Assembly: GCA_023229435.1 (NCBI GenBank)
Contig: JALNZF010000001.1
Location: forward strand, 320,002 to 384,001
Source: Nitrospirota bacterium
Lineage (GTDB): Bacteria; Nitrospirota; UBA9217
Length of the DNA: 64,000 nt
Reading direction: 5' to 3'
Shown here: positions 1 to 12,099 of the stretch, piece after piece
Layout of the letters: each line of letters opens with the position of its first letter
How positions within the stretch are numbered: position 1 is the stretch's first letter
The notes under the pieces: model-generated
Database searches by the model: none
Told to the model about the DNA's origin: nothing
The model's input: only the letters and a program-made list of their open reading frames with translations
Made by a program: the position numbers and the translations under genes

Positions 1-8
1 ACCTTGGA

Positions 9-3000
9 GTGAACGGCTACTCCTTCGTGATTCATCAAAATGGCGATGCGAGGGTCGCGGTATCCAGTAACAGCAACTATGCCCATTACCTTCATTTGCA
101 TACCCAGCCATGGCTGAGCGGTTGGGACCTTCAGGTTTCAAGCACCCCCGACAAGGGCGGCATTCTGATACTTGTTGACGACATTCCGTATGAGGTCAAA
201 GTGGTTGACGAAGGGCTCGCAGTCCAGAAGTATTTTGAGCCCCCGATTATAGTGGCGTCGAAGCTTTCGGGAGATCTCTGGCAATACCCTACTGCGAGAT
301 GGAGCTTTTACCATAGTAACAATTCGAAGATTATCGACATGGGGTTTCAAGCGTACTACACCAACATGGTTACTCAAAGCTTCTGGTACACAAAATACGG
401 TGCAGCCATGGATTCGTTTTTTATAGCCACCCCCACGAGTGGTTACGCACCCATGACTGTAAACTTTACTGATAAGTCGAGCGCCGCCGAAGGTAAAAAT
501 ATTCTCTCATGGGCATGGGATTTTGACAATGACGGCCTTATTGACTCTAATGAGCAGAATCCCATTGCGGTTTATAATACCGTCCGGATGCACACCGTTG
601 TGCTTACCGTAACGGACTCCGGCGGCTCTACAGATACCGAGATCAAAAGGGATTATATAGAAGTAAAAGCCGGGACAGATATCGATGGCGATGGAATCGG
701 CGATACCGAGGATAATTGTCCTACCCTGTACAATCCGGCACAGGTTGACCTCGATGGGGACAGCATCGGCGATGCCTGTGACGGTTCTGTGGATCTTTTC
801 CAGGAGGCGGTGTTCATCGCCGGGTTAAGGACGGAATCGGCTCCCGATAAAAACACCCAAGACGTGACCGTTCTTATGAAGGACGGATCGTACACCCAGG
901 CCCTACAGGTTCAGCAAAACAAATCAAATTACGATGTCATGAGTTTTCGATCCAACGTGGAGGCCCGGAAGCTGTCCAGTGCCGTATTACACGTATATTT
1001 AAACGATCTGTATGGCGGCACCCCTCAGCCTGTTCATATATACGCTTATTACCCGGACGGCAAGACCGTGCAGCCGTCCAAGGCTGTGACAGGGAATGTC
1101 TGGGCTGGCTGGAACCATATCGACGTTACTCCTCTTCTCCATCTTATGGACGGCGCCGGATTTATGAAGTTCAGGGTCGTGGCAGCGCAAAACTGGTTCA
1201 ACGTCAGCGAAGCATACTTCACCGAGCTGGTTGATAATTGGGAAATTGGGGTAATACCTTCCCGTCTTGATTTCAATGCTGTTGGAATCGGCAGCTCGCC
1301 AACAATAAGCGTTAATGTTTCTAACTCCGGCGGCGGTGAATTGATAATTAAGAATGTCACCAAGCCGGGGGTACCTTTTACAATAACTGCTGATGGTTGC
1401 ACGGGCGCCGTACTGCTTGCTTCAGCCTCTTGTACATTGACGGTAAGCTTCGCTCCAACCGCTACCGGCACTTTTGCCGATGCTATAGAAGTCCTATCGA
1501 ACGATGCAGATCACCCTACCATTACGATACAGGTGAACGGAACCGGCACCTTGCCGTCGAATTCAATCACAGGAACGGTCACTGATTCTTCCACAGCATT
1601 GCCTTTGCCGAATGTTGCGATAACTGTCTCAGATTCTCTCGGCACACATACGGCAACAACTGATTCAAACGGTACATATACAATACTGGAAGTCGCGGAT
1701 GGTAGTTTCACGGCAATTTTCGAAAAAGGAGGATATATCAAACAGACAATAAACGGGACGAAGACAGCAGGCCAGGTTAGTACCTTACATGTTCAACTTG
1801 CTCCAATACCAACCCTCACGTTGCAAATAACGTCTCCGCAATCCGGGGCAGTGCTCAATTCTTCGCCTTTAACAGTTACCGGAAGCGTGAGCAAGAATGC
1901 ACAGGTAACGGTCAATGGCACACAAGCGACCGTGAGCGGTAATACCTTCACAGCGACGCTTTCCTTAAGCGAGGGCCAGAACACGATAGCGGCAACGGCT
2001 ATAGATGCCTATAACCAAACCATTACAAGCAGCGTTATAGTCACTCTCGTGACAAAGGGCACTATTAAAGGAATAGTGACCGATTCTTTAACCGGCCAGC
2101 CTATACCCTCTGCCCAGGCATCGATAACTGATTCACTGTCCATAATCCACACAACTTTTACCGATCCAGCCGGGCAATATTCCATACCAACGGTTAGCCA
2201 GGGGCTGTACAGCGGAACGATCACGAAGGTAGATTATGGCGCATTCAAATTCTCCGGCAATTTGACCGCAGGCCAGACAGTAGCGGTTAACGGGTCGATC
2301 AGTCTCACGCCGCCTATCATCAACGTAGTTACGGCCGGCAACATTACCGGAGAAGCGGCGGTCTTCACCTGGACCACCGACCAGGCCGCCAGTAGTACTG
2401 TCGAATACGGAACATCCCCAGCGTATGGTAATTCGGTTTCTGATCCAGCGTTGACCACAAAACACAGCATCACAATAAATAATCTTACTCCTGGAACGGC
2501 ATATCACTTCAGAGTTTCGTCTACAAACAGCCATGAACTTACATCATCTTCACCAGATAATACCTTCAATACAATAGGCACAAACATCCCTCCGACGATC
2601 AGCGCAGTGGCAGCCGGTAGCATAACCACAGGTTTGGCCACAATCACCTGGACAACAGATCAGCCATCAGACAGCCTCGTCTCATACGGCACGACAACGG
2701 CATACGAAAACACGATCAGCGATCCGACGCTTACAACAGACCACAGCCTTACGCTCACAAATCTCGCTATGCAGACAACATATCATTTCAGTGTGACATC
2801 AACGAACAGCTATGGCATCTCTGCTTTATCAAATGACAGCACCTTCACGACTTCGGGTCCGATCAACATCGCAATAACGTCGCCCGCAAACTCCGCAACC
2901 ATATCCAGGCCTGATGTAATGGTTAAGGGCATGATCACAAATACAACGGGCAACGAGACCGGAGTGACGGTGAATGGCATCGTGGCAACCGTATATGGCA

Positions 3001-3686
3001 GCGAGTTTGTCGCTAATCATGTGCCGCTGGCAGAAGGGGCGAATACTATCACAGTCAGCGCAATTGATACCGCAGGATATACGGCAATGGCATCGGTGAC
3101 GGTGAACGCAACGACTACCGGAAACTACATCCGCTTAACGTCGAATATTGAATCAGGAATATCGCCTCTGGAAGTCACTTTGAGCGTGGACGGGACGTTC
3201 AGCATTGCAAATTCAACTCTGAGCGCAACAGGCCCGGTCCAACCACAAGTCATTTCATCAACCACGGATCAGTACAAGGTGAGGATGACTACAGAGGGTA
3301 GGTACACATTCACCATCAGTTCAACAGGGCCGGACAGTAATACTTATCAGGATATCATAACCATCACAGTGATGAATAGGGCACAACTTGATTCCCTGCT
3401 CAGAAACAAATGGGAGGGGATGAAGGCGGCTGTTCTTAGCGGGAATACGGACGCAGCTTTAGACTATTTTGTCCCAGGCGCGCGGGACAGGTACGGGTCC
3501 ATATTTATTAATCCATCCCGCAATATTGCAGCAAGACTGTCGGAAATTACTCGAATTGAAATCTATTCTGTCCAAGATGTGGCCGCGGAGTGCGTCGCAA
3601 TCAGACAAGAATCCGATGGAGAATACGCATATCCTCTTACGTTTGTTATCGATGATAACGGCATGTGGAAAATTCTGGGATTCTAA
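9..3686 (+). CDS. Large secreted multi-domain surface protein with thrombospondin type-3 Ca-binding repeats, PKD/Big-like and FN3/purple-acid-phosphatase-N-like beta-sandwich repeats, and CarboxypepD_reg-like domains. The 5' end may extend upstream of the window.
   Basis: 1225-aa ORF starting at GTG at the window edge. Aspartate-rich DxDxDGxxDxxDNCPxxxNPxQxDxDGDxxGDxCD motifs occur near aa 220-260. Repeated TWTTDQ...YGT...LT.L.P.T.YHF FN3-like units are present. The composition is Thr/Ser/Asn-rich and typical of extracellular adhesins. Confidence 0.8.
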   Translation: MNGYSFVIHQNGDARVAVSSNSNYAHYLHLHTQPWLSGWDLQVSSTPDKGGILILVDDIPYEVKVVDEGLAVQKYFEPPIIVASKLSGDLWQYPTARWSFYHSNNSKIIDMGFQAYYTNMVTQSFWYTKYGAAMDSFFIATPTSGYAPMTVNFTDKSSAAEGKNILSWAWDFDNDGLIDSNEQNPIAVYNTVRMHTVVLTVTDSGGSTDTEIKRDYIEVKAGTDIDGDGIGDTEDNCPTLYNPAQVDLDGDSIGDACDGSVDLFQEAVFIAGLRTESAPDKNTQDVTVLMKDGSYTQALQVQQNKSNYDVMSFRSNVEARKLSSAVLHVYLNDLYGGTPQPVHIYAYYPDGKTVQPSKAVTGNVWAGWNHIDVTPLLHLMDGAGFMKFRVVAAQNWFNVSEAYFTELVDNWEIGVIPSRLDFNAVGIGSSPTISVNVSNSGGGELIIKNVTKPGVPFTITADGCTGAVLLASASCTLTVSFAPTATGTFADAIEVLSNDADHPTITIQVNGTGTLPSNSITGTVTDSSTALPLPNVAITVSDSLGTHTATTDSNGTYTILEVADGSFTAIFEKGGYIKQTINGTKTAGQVSTLHVQLAPIPTLTLQITSPQSGAVLNSSPLTVTGSVSKNAQVTVNGTQATVSGNTFTATLSLSEGQNTIAATAIDAYNQTITSSVIVTLVTKGTIKGIVTDSLTGQPIPSAQASITDSLSIIHTTFTDPAGQYSIPTVSQGLYSGTITKVDYGAFKFSGNLTAGQTVAVNGSISLTPPIINVVTAGNITGEAAVFTWTTDQAASSTVEYGTSPAYGNSVSDPALTTKHSITINNLTPGTAYHFRVSSTNSHELTSSSPDNTFNTIGTNIPPTISAVAAGSITTGLATITWTTDQPSDSLVSYGTTTAYENTISDPTLTTDHSLTLTNLAMQTTYHFSVTSTNSYGISALSNDSTFTTSGPINIAITSPANSATISRPDVMVKGMITNTTGNETGVTVNGIVATVYGSEFVANHVPLAEGANTITVSAIDTAGYTAMASVTVNATTTGNYIRLTSNIESGISPLEVTLSVDGTFSIANSTLSATGPVQPQVISSTTDQYKVRMTTEGRYTFTISSTGPDSNTYQDIITITVMNRAQLDSLLRNKWEGMKAAVLSGNTDAALDYFVPGARDRYGSIFINPSRNIAARLSEITRIEIYSVQDVAAECVAIRQESDGEYAYPLTFVIDDNGMWKILGF

Positions 3687-3734
3687 TATTTCACAATATT
3701 GCAAAATGAATAAAGAATCAAGGAGGCTCAAAAT

Positions 3735-4238
3735 ATGATTAGCAAAGTAAAGATTATCCTTATTGCTGTAATGTTTATTTCAGTTGTCTGCCCTGGATGT
3801 TATGCTGGAATAACCGGCAAGGTCATTGATGCTGAGACCCAGCAGCCGGTAGAAGGCGCTGTGGTGCTTGTAGAATGGACAAAGACAAAAGGAGTGCCTG
3901 GAATGGCTGCGACCGAATCATACAAGGTTATTGAAATGCTTTCCGACAAAGAGGGAAAGGTCACTATTTCAGGTGTTCTCGATCCATGGGTAAATCCCCC
4001 CCATATTACTGTTTATAAAAAAGGTTATGTTGCTTGGAATAACGAGTTTATTTTCCCTGATTATAAAAAAAGGACGGATTTCAAGTGGGAGAATGAACAA
4101 ATAATAAAGTTATATTCTTTTCGAAAAGAATACTTGAGAAAAGATCATGTCTTCTTCTTACATAGTATGACGCATTGGGGAAAACTAATTAATGAAGCAT
4201 ATAGATGGGAAGAACTAGAAGGAGAGAGGCTAAGATGA
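3735..4238 (+). CDS. Small lipoprotein/secreted protein with a CarboxypepD_reg-like beta-sandwich
   Basis: 167-aa ORF with an AAGGAGG ribosome-binding site and an N-terminal hydrophobic signal followed by Cys. The ITGKVIDAETQQPVEGAVV motif is typical of carboxypeptidase-regulatory-like domains. Its stop overlaps the next start (ATGA), indicating an operon. Confidence 0.6.
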   Translation: MISKVKIILIAVMFISVVCPGCYAGITGKVIDAETQQPVEGAVVLVEWTKTKGVPGMAATESYKVIEMLSDKEGKVTISGVLDPWVNPPHITVYKKGYVAWNNEFIFPDYKKRTDFKWENEQIIKLYSFRKEYLRKDHVFFLHSMTHWGKLINEAYRWEELEGERLR

Positions 4239-6568
4239 AAAAAGGAATTATATGCATTCTTCTTCTTATTATTTATTATGCAAATTCTGCTATCGGTTTT
4301 GATAACGAAAGGACTCACAGAGACCTGACAGCAAAAGCCGTCGATAACTTTGCAACTAATTCTAATTCGTATTTGAAAGTAATTCTAGGATTTACAGATG
4401 GCGTGTCATCAGTGCTAAATGGCAACACAATTCTTTGGTGGTTAACAGAAGGTTCTTTTCTTGAAGATACCCCCAACTGCCGTGCCTCAAATCATTTTCA
4501 TAATCCTTTGAAGCCATGGAATGAATCTGCCATGAGTGATGAGCCGCTGTGGTTGGATATATGGTGCTATGGCTGGAAACCATGGTACTCGAACATTGTC
4601 TGGGCGACCGGATATCAGGCCCCCGGAAGTCCGGTAATACAGCGCAACAGTCAGACAATGGGCTGGGAGAATGCCAGGGAATATTACTATTCAGCCTTAA
4701 CGTCACCTACCGGCACTGCTCGTGAAATAAATTTTGCGAAGACTTTTCAGGCAGTCGGACAAGTGGTGCACCTTCTGGAAGATATGGCAGTACCTGCTCA
4801 TGTCAGAAATGATTTCAGATCACACCTCACTTACCATGGGATTACTTCCATGAATCCTATAAAATGGTTTGGTAATCCATTTGAAGATTATATTAAGGGT
4901 AATCCAGACCTTATTTCGAGTGCAACCAAAACGATAGAATTACCGGCATTCAGCAACCCAAGAGTAACGGACTATTGGGACACCGATCAAATTGGTTCTG
5001 TTCTGGGTTTGGCCGAATTCACCAATGCCAATTACTTCAGCGATTCTACGATACCAAACAATAACCCGACATCCGAACATATTTACACTTCTCCTCAGAT
5101 CAATATCGATTCAATCAATCAGTATCTATGCACTGACTATCTACCTGGCTCAAACACGCCTACCAAATATGTGAGTAGAAAGCAATGCCCGGCGGATCAA
5201 AGCAGCGTAGATCATTTTGCTGCGCTCAGTCTTATAAATAGCGAAGTGGAGACGGCAGGCAATAATCCGCAGATAAAGGAAGTTTGGCTTGACAACAATG
5301 TGCATAACACCTATGCAAAAGAACTTCTCCCCCGCGCTATCGGCTACTCCGCGGGTCTGTTGAACTACTTCTTCCGGGGCAAGCTTGGGATAACTCAGGT
5401 ATCGGGCGGAATCAAGGTCAAAAACCTCGGAACGGAAACGATGTCTTCCTACATTGATCAAGCCACCCAGACAACCATTGGGACAATCACCCTATTTTAT
5501 GATGACACATCAGGCAATAGGGCATTTCTCGCAGATCTCGATCTAACAACTCCCCTCGAACCCGGAGCGCAGACAGACGTCATCTCCTTTGCGCCACCCT
5601 CAGACAACATTACGCCAAAGCGCTACATCGTCGTTTTTCGCGGCAAACTCGGAAACGAAGAAGGCGCCGTGATCGGTAAAGTCGCCCTTCCCCCGCATGT
5701 CTATTATGTGGCAACGATGAGCGGATGGGACAAAATATACAAAATTGACGCAGACGGGACGAACCAGAGCATAGTTTATGACAACCCGGACGGATACTAT
5801 ATCGGCAAGATCACCATGTCGCCTGACGGAAACATTCTTGCTTTTGCCAGCAGCCCTGACGGACTTGTTGTGAATGCCGCCATTCAGACATTAAACTTAA
5901 CCGACACGACTCTTACCCCCACTGTTTTTACCTCAGGGAATTGGCCGAGTTGGTCGCCGGATGGCGCGAAGATCGCCTTTGAGCGGGACATAAGCCAGGA
6001 TCCGTATTCCGCGGATATAGAAATATTCACAGTCGATGTAGCGACCGGGGCGGAGACGCAGCTTACCGATATAGCGGGATCTTCATACAGCGGCAGCCCG
6101 GCCTGGTCGCCGAACGGCAACTCCATAGCATACTCAAAATTTGTTCAATCCCAGACAGGCTGCGCAACTAATTATGTTATTTCCCTCATGGACACGGCGG
6201 GGAACTCCATCGGATCATTGACCTGCCCTCCAGAGGGGGAATATATGTCGGTTGGGGACTTCGATCCCGCGTGGAGCCCGGACGGGCAGGAGATAGCTTT
6301 CACCAGAAGAAGATACGTCGGGAGGTCATCTCAGCTTCATAAAGTTGTTGTAGCCACAAAGACGATCATCAAGCTTACGGATTCTCCGGGTGTGGGGTAT
6401 GATGAATATACGCCTGCCTGGTCGTTCGACGAGATGTCCATAGCCATCGGTTCCATGAGGGACGGAGATTATGATATCTGGCTTGTTGATCCGTACGGCG
6501 CAGGCTATCAGCTAAACATAACGAACGCAAATTCAGGCATAGACGGCTATCCGGCGTTTGGGCAATGA
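4235..6568 (+). CDS. Secreted fusion protein: N-terminal zinc-dependent phospholipase C / S1-P1 nuclease-like domain plus C-terminal TolB-like PD40 beta-propeller
   Basis: Signal peptide MKKGIICILLLIIYYANSA. The HFHNP...VVHLLEDMAVPAHVRNDF motifs parallel the HFYDP / LHYLGDVNQPMHAANF zinc-ligand motifs of Bacillus phospholipase C. The C-terminal repeats SPDGNxLAF / WSPDGAKIAF / AWSPNGNSIAY / AWSPDGQEIAF are characteristic of TolB/PD40 propellers. Confidence 0.7.
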   Translation: MKKGIICILLLIIYYANSAIGFDNERTHRDLTAKAVDNFATNSNSYLKVILGFTDGVSSVLNGNTILWWLTEGSFLEDTPNCRASNHFHNPLKPWNESAMSDEPLWLDIWCYGWKPWYSNIVWATGYQAPGSPVIQRNSQTMGWENAREYYYSALTSPTGTAREINFAKTFQAVGQVVHLLEDMAVPAHVRNDFRSHLTYHGITSMNPIKWFGNPFEDYIKGNPDLISSATKTIELPAFSNPRVTDYWDTDQIGSVLGLAEFTNANYFSDSTIPNNNPTSEHIYTSPQINIDSINQYLCTDYLPGSNTPTKYVSRKQCPADQSSVDHFAALSLINSEVETAGNNPQIKEVWLDNNVHNTYAKELLPRAIGYSAGLLNYFFRGKLGITQVSGGIKVKNLGTETMSSYIDQATQTTIGTITLFYDDTSGNRAFLADLDLTTPLEPGAQTDVISFAPPSDNITPKRYIVVFRGKLGNEEGAVIGKVALPPHVYYVATMSGWDKIYKIDADGTNQSIVYDNPDGYYIGKITMSPDGNILAFASSPDGLVVNAAIQTLNLTDTTLTPTVFTSGNWPSWSPDGAKIAFERDISQDPYSADIEIFTVDVATGAETQLTDIAGSSYSGSPAWSPNGNSIAYSKFVQSQTGCATNYVISLMDTAGNSIGSLTCPPEGEYMSVGDFDPAWSPDGQEIAFTRRRYVGRSSQLHKVVVATKTIIKLTDSPGVGYDEYTPAWSFDEMSIAIGSMRDGDYDIWLVDPYGAGYQLNITNANSGIDGYPAFGQ

Positions 6569-6779
6569 CAGCGACCGGCATTACCATATGATATAATCTA
6601 TCTTTGTGTACCAGCGGGCAAAATCAGGGTATTGTTTAAACGGGAGAGGATGACGTTATTCGGCATGCGATTGGCAACTGTATTGAATTATGGCACGGGA
6701 CAGTCGAATAGGAAAGACTGGTTGATCAACCATTATCATAAGATTCGCGAATAAACGCGGGTGTTCTCGGATAAAAAAT

Positions 6780-8162
6780 ATGGATACCATTCTCGTCATT
6801 GAAGACAAAGAAAGCATGCTCGACATGCTCAAGCAGACCCTTGAGGCCGAAGGCTACCAGGTGATCCCGGCCAGAGACGGCGCCGAGGGCATCAGAAAGC
6901 TCTCCGACGAGCGCATCGGCCTGGTGCTTACGGACCTCAAACTCCCGAAAAAGGACGGTTTCGAAGTGCTGAAGGCGGTCAAGCAGGAAAACCCGCTCCT
7001 GCCGGTGATCGTGATGACCGCATTCGGAACCATCGAGACCGCGGTCAAGGCAGTCAAGCAAGGTGCCTACGATTTCCTGACCAAGCCCTTTGATACCGAC
7101 CATCTGCTCGTGTTGATCAAACGGGCGCTCGACGCCTCGCGCATGGCAACCGAAAACATTCTCCTGAGAGAAGAGTTCGCCGACCAGCTCGGTCTTCCAA
7201 AGATCATCGGAAAGAGCGGCCAGATGCAGGAGATCATGGCCAAGATACAGAAAGTGGCGCCGACCAACGCATCGGTACTGGTCCACGGCGAGAGCGGTAC
7301 AGGCAAGGAACTCTTCGCGCGGGCCATCCATTACCTGAGCCTTCGCAAAAACGCGCCGTTTATTGCGATCAATTCAGCCGCCATTCCCCGGGAACTGCTG
7401 GAGAGCGAATTGTTCGGGTACGAGCGCGGCGCCTTCACCGGAGCGGACGCGCGAAAGCTGGGGAAATTCGAACTTGCCGATAAAGGCACGGTATTCCTTG
7501 ACGAGATCGGCGATATGGATATGGCCCTTCAGGCGAAAATGCTCCGCGTGCTTCAGGAACAGGTGATCGAGCGCGTGGGAGGGGGCAAGCCGATCAAAAT
7601 AGACGTTCGCATCGTTGCAGCAACGAACAAGGACATTGAAAAAGCCGTGGCCGCAAGGTTGTTCAGGGAAGACCTGTTCTATCGCTTGAACGTATTCCCC
7701 ATCACCATCCCGCCGCTCCGTGAACGACGTGACGATATCCCGGCGCTTGCACAGAATTTTTTGAATAAGTATTCAGCCGAAGTGCGGAAGGGGCCGCTCA
7801 CAATCTCTGAAGAGGCGATGGATATTCTGATGAAATCGCCATGGAAGGGGAATGTGCGTGAGCTGGAGAACGTGATCGAGCGCGCCGTGATCTATGCGGA
7901 AGGCGGTGTGATACGCAGCCAGGACCTCGGCATCAGCGAATCGAGCATCCTTGACGCGCTTTCGGAGCATGTGCCCATGGATGGCCCGCTCCAGGATGTT
8001 GCGGCAGCGGCCACGCGCATAGCCGAGTCCCGGCGCATCAAGCAAGTATTGAAGCAGACGGGCAATAACAAGACCCGCGCCGCGGAGGTGCTCCAGGTGA
8101 GCTACAAGACGCTCCTGACGAAGATCAAGGATTATCAGTTGGAGGAGAAGGGGGATACGTAA
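6780..8162 (+). CDS. Sigma-54-dependent response regulator (NtrC/AtoC family enhancer-binding protein)
   Basis: Receiver domain (DKESMLDML...DLKLP), AAA+ sigma-54 interaction domain with GESGTGKE Walker A and the GAFTGA motif, and a C-terminal Fis-type helix-turn-helix. Confidence 0.9.
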   Translation: MDTILVIEDKESMLDMLKQTLEAEGYQVIPARDGAEGIRKLSDERIGLVLTDLKLPKKDGFEVLKAVKQENPLLPVIVMTAFGTIETAVKAVKQGAYDFLTKPFDTDHLLVLIKRALDASRMATENILLREEFADQLGLPKIIGKSGQMQEIMAKIQKVAPTNASVLVHGESGTGKELFARAIHYLSLRKNAPFIAINSAAIPRELLESELFGYERGAFTGADARKLGKFELADKGTVFLDEIGDMDMALQAKMLRVLQEQVIERVGGGKPIKIDVRIVAATNKDIEKAVAARLFREDLFYRLNVFPITIPPLRERRDDIPALAQNFLNKYSAEVRKGPLTISEEAMDILMKSPWKGNVRELENVIERAVIYAEGGVIRSQDLGISESSILDALSEHVPMDGPLQDVAAAATRIAESRRIKQVLKQTGNNKTRAAEVLQVSYKTLLTKIKDYQLEEKGDT

Positions 8163-8184
8163 CTGTTCACGGTTCCCCCGATAG

Positions 8185-10287
<2,103 letters not shown>

Positions 10288-10360
10288 GTCAAAATTCAAG
10301 ATTAGCAAATATATTCATCCCGGAGAACCGGCGTACCTAAAAATACCGCAAGTTTATTCT

Positions 10361-10389
10361 TTTCAATTCGCCCCATTTCCACTATAATC
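10361..10389 (+). promoter_or_regulatory. Candidate sigma-70 promoter for the PIN-domain gene (TTTCAA-N17-TATAAT)
   Basis: TATAAT hexamer at about 10384-10389 with TTTCAA 17 nt upstream, about 55 nt before the ATG at 10445. Confidence 0.35.
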
Positions 10390-10444
10390 AGATTATAACT
10401 TTCCATGAAAGAGAAGCCGAAAAAGAAGTTTGGAGGTGCGGCGT

Positions 10445-10915
10445 ATGAATAAATTAATGCGTATTTATGTTGATACCTCGGTCATCGGCGGTTGTTTTGA
10501 CGAAGAATATTCAGAGACCTCAAACAAGTTGATTGACCATGCAATATCCGGCGGACTTCTGCTGTTGGTCAGTGATGTTGTGCTGAAGGAACTGGAGAAT
10601 GCTCCGGAGTTTGTTCGTAATCTGCTCAGCTCATTGCCGGACAGTTGTGTTGAACGAGTCTATTCCGACAATGAGACCTTTGCATTAAGGGATGCGTACC
10701 GTGAAGCAAAAATACTTGGTCCCAAATGGCTCGACGATATGACACACGTTGCGCTTGCCACTGTATCGCGGGCAGATGCAATTGTTTCATGGAATTTTAA
10801 GCATATTGTCAGGCTTGACAAGATGAAGGCGTACAATCAGGTAAACCTCTTGAATGGTTACGGTATATTGACCATCATCTCTCCGGTGGAGGTTGTGACA
10901 GATGAAGAAGAGTGA
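10445..10915 (+). CDS. PIN-domain protein (VapC-like putative ribonuclease toxin)
   Basis: N-terminus MNKLMRIYVDTSVIGG with conserved Asp, and downstream acidic residues consistent with a PIN fold. GGAGGTG ribosome-binding site. The ORF track begins at TTG 10430, and I prefer ATG 10445. Confidence 0.5.
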   Translation: MNKLMRIYVDTSVIGGCFDEEYSETSNKLIDHAISGGLLLLVSDVVLKELENAPEFVRNLLSSLPDSCVERVYSDNETFALRDAYREAKILGPKWLDDMTHVALATVSRADAIVSWNFKHIVRLDKMKAYNQVNLLNGYGILTIISPVEVVTDEEE

Positions 10916-11135
10916 TAAAACATTCGACTGCATTGCTTTCAAACGATCGGCGCAGTTGCAAATCTATGAAGAAATCAAGAATATGAGCAGAGAAGAACAA
11001 ATTGCGTATTTTCACAACAAGGCGGAAACCGGGCACTTCAAGGAATGGTGGCTGCGTCAAAAAGGCCACGAGGCACATACACCCTGTTGTGCCGAAAAGG
11101 GGACGACGTATACGGCAAAGACTAAGAAAGAATAG
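10902..11135 (+). CDS. Small hypothetical protein (77 aa) overlapping the PIN gene end, possibly a cognate partner/antitoxin
   Basis: Start overlaps the PIN stop by 14 nt, indicating translational coupling. Basic, helical-looking sequence with no recognisable family. Confidence 0.35.
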   Translation: MKKSDKTFDCIAFKRSAQLQIYEEIKNMSREEQIAYFHNKAETGHFKEWWLRQKGHEAHTPCCAEKGTTYTAKTKKE

Positions 11136-11209
11136 AATGGTCCGATGAATACTAAAAATTAGCAAAAGCGATGCGATATTAATATGTCATGATTGATAGT
11201 GGTGAAAGA

Positions 11210-12070
11210 ATGCCTTTGCGCATCGGTTTTCATGTCTCCATCTCCGGCGGCTTTTCCCTCGCGGTCCGGCGCGCCTACGAACTCGGCTGCAGCTGCATGC
11301 AGATATTCAGCAGGAATCCGCGCGGTTGGACGGTCAAGCCGCTCGATAAGGACGATATTGCCGAGTTCAAGAAACTGCGCGAGCAATGGGACATCGAACC
11401 GGTCTTCGTGCATACGAATTACCTCATCAACCTCGCGTCGTCGAAGCCCGACCTTTACGCAAAATCCATTGAACACTTCGTCATCGACCTGGAGCGCACC
11501 GAGGCGATCGGCGCGGAATATCTGGTCACGCACCTTGGTTCGGCCAGCGGGCAGGAACCGCAATGGATGATCGACCGCGTATCAGAAGCGCTGAACATGG
11601 CCATCAAGCTTCATGCACCGAAGGCCATGATCCTGCTTGAAAATACTGCCGGAGAAAAAGGCGATATCGGCTATGAACTTGAGCAGATACAGGAAGTCAT
11701 CTCACGACTGAAAGATCCTTCCCGCATCGGCATCTGCTACGACACCTGTCATGGTTTTGCGGCCGGGTATGACATTCGCACCAGGACAGGGGTGGAGGCG
11801 CTGGCAAAGAAGATCACGGCGACTGTCGGCATGGAGCGGCTGAAGGGCATGCATCTCAATGACTGTCTGCGCGACTTCAATTCGCGTGTCGATCGCCATT
11901 GGCATATCGGTGAAGGCAATATCGGCCTCGAGGGATTTAGGGCATTGCTTGCCCATCCCGCGTTCAAAGAGGTGCCGAAGATTATGGAAACACCAAAGGA
12001 ATCTGAAGACGATGATCCGAGGAATATGAAGACCGTTCGATCGCTGTTGAATGATATGAAACGTTTATGA
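11210..12070 (+). CDS. nfo: Endonuclease IV (AP endonuclease family 2)
   Basis: MPLRIGFHVSISGG...GCSCMQIFSRNPRGW is the canonical Nfo N-terminus, and HxxY/HxN/D metal ligands are present throughout. An alternative upstream ATG lies at 11189. Confidence 0.85.
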   Translation: MPLRIGFHVSISGGFSLAVRRAYELGCSCMQIFSRNPRGWTVKPLDKDDIAEFKKLREQWDIEPVFVHTNYLINLASSKPDLYAKSIEHFVIDLERTEAIGAEYLVTHLGSASGQEPQWMIDRVSEALNMAIKLHAPKAMILLENTAGEKGDIGYELEQIQEVISRLKDPSRIGICYDTCHGFAAGYDIRTRTGVEALAKKITATVGMERLKGMHLNDCLRDFNSRVDRHWHIGEGNIGLEGFRALLAHPAFKEVPKIMETPKESEDDDPRNMKTVRSLLNDMKRL

Positions 12071-12099
12071 ACTGACGCTCACATGGGAGCATGAAAATT

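Noticed and set aside
3469-3738. 89-aa ORF overlapping the 3' end of the giant surface-protein gene
   Set aside because: It is an alternative frame inside a well-supported CDS. It has no ribosome-binding site or domain.
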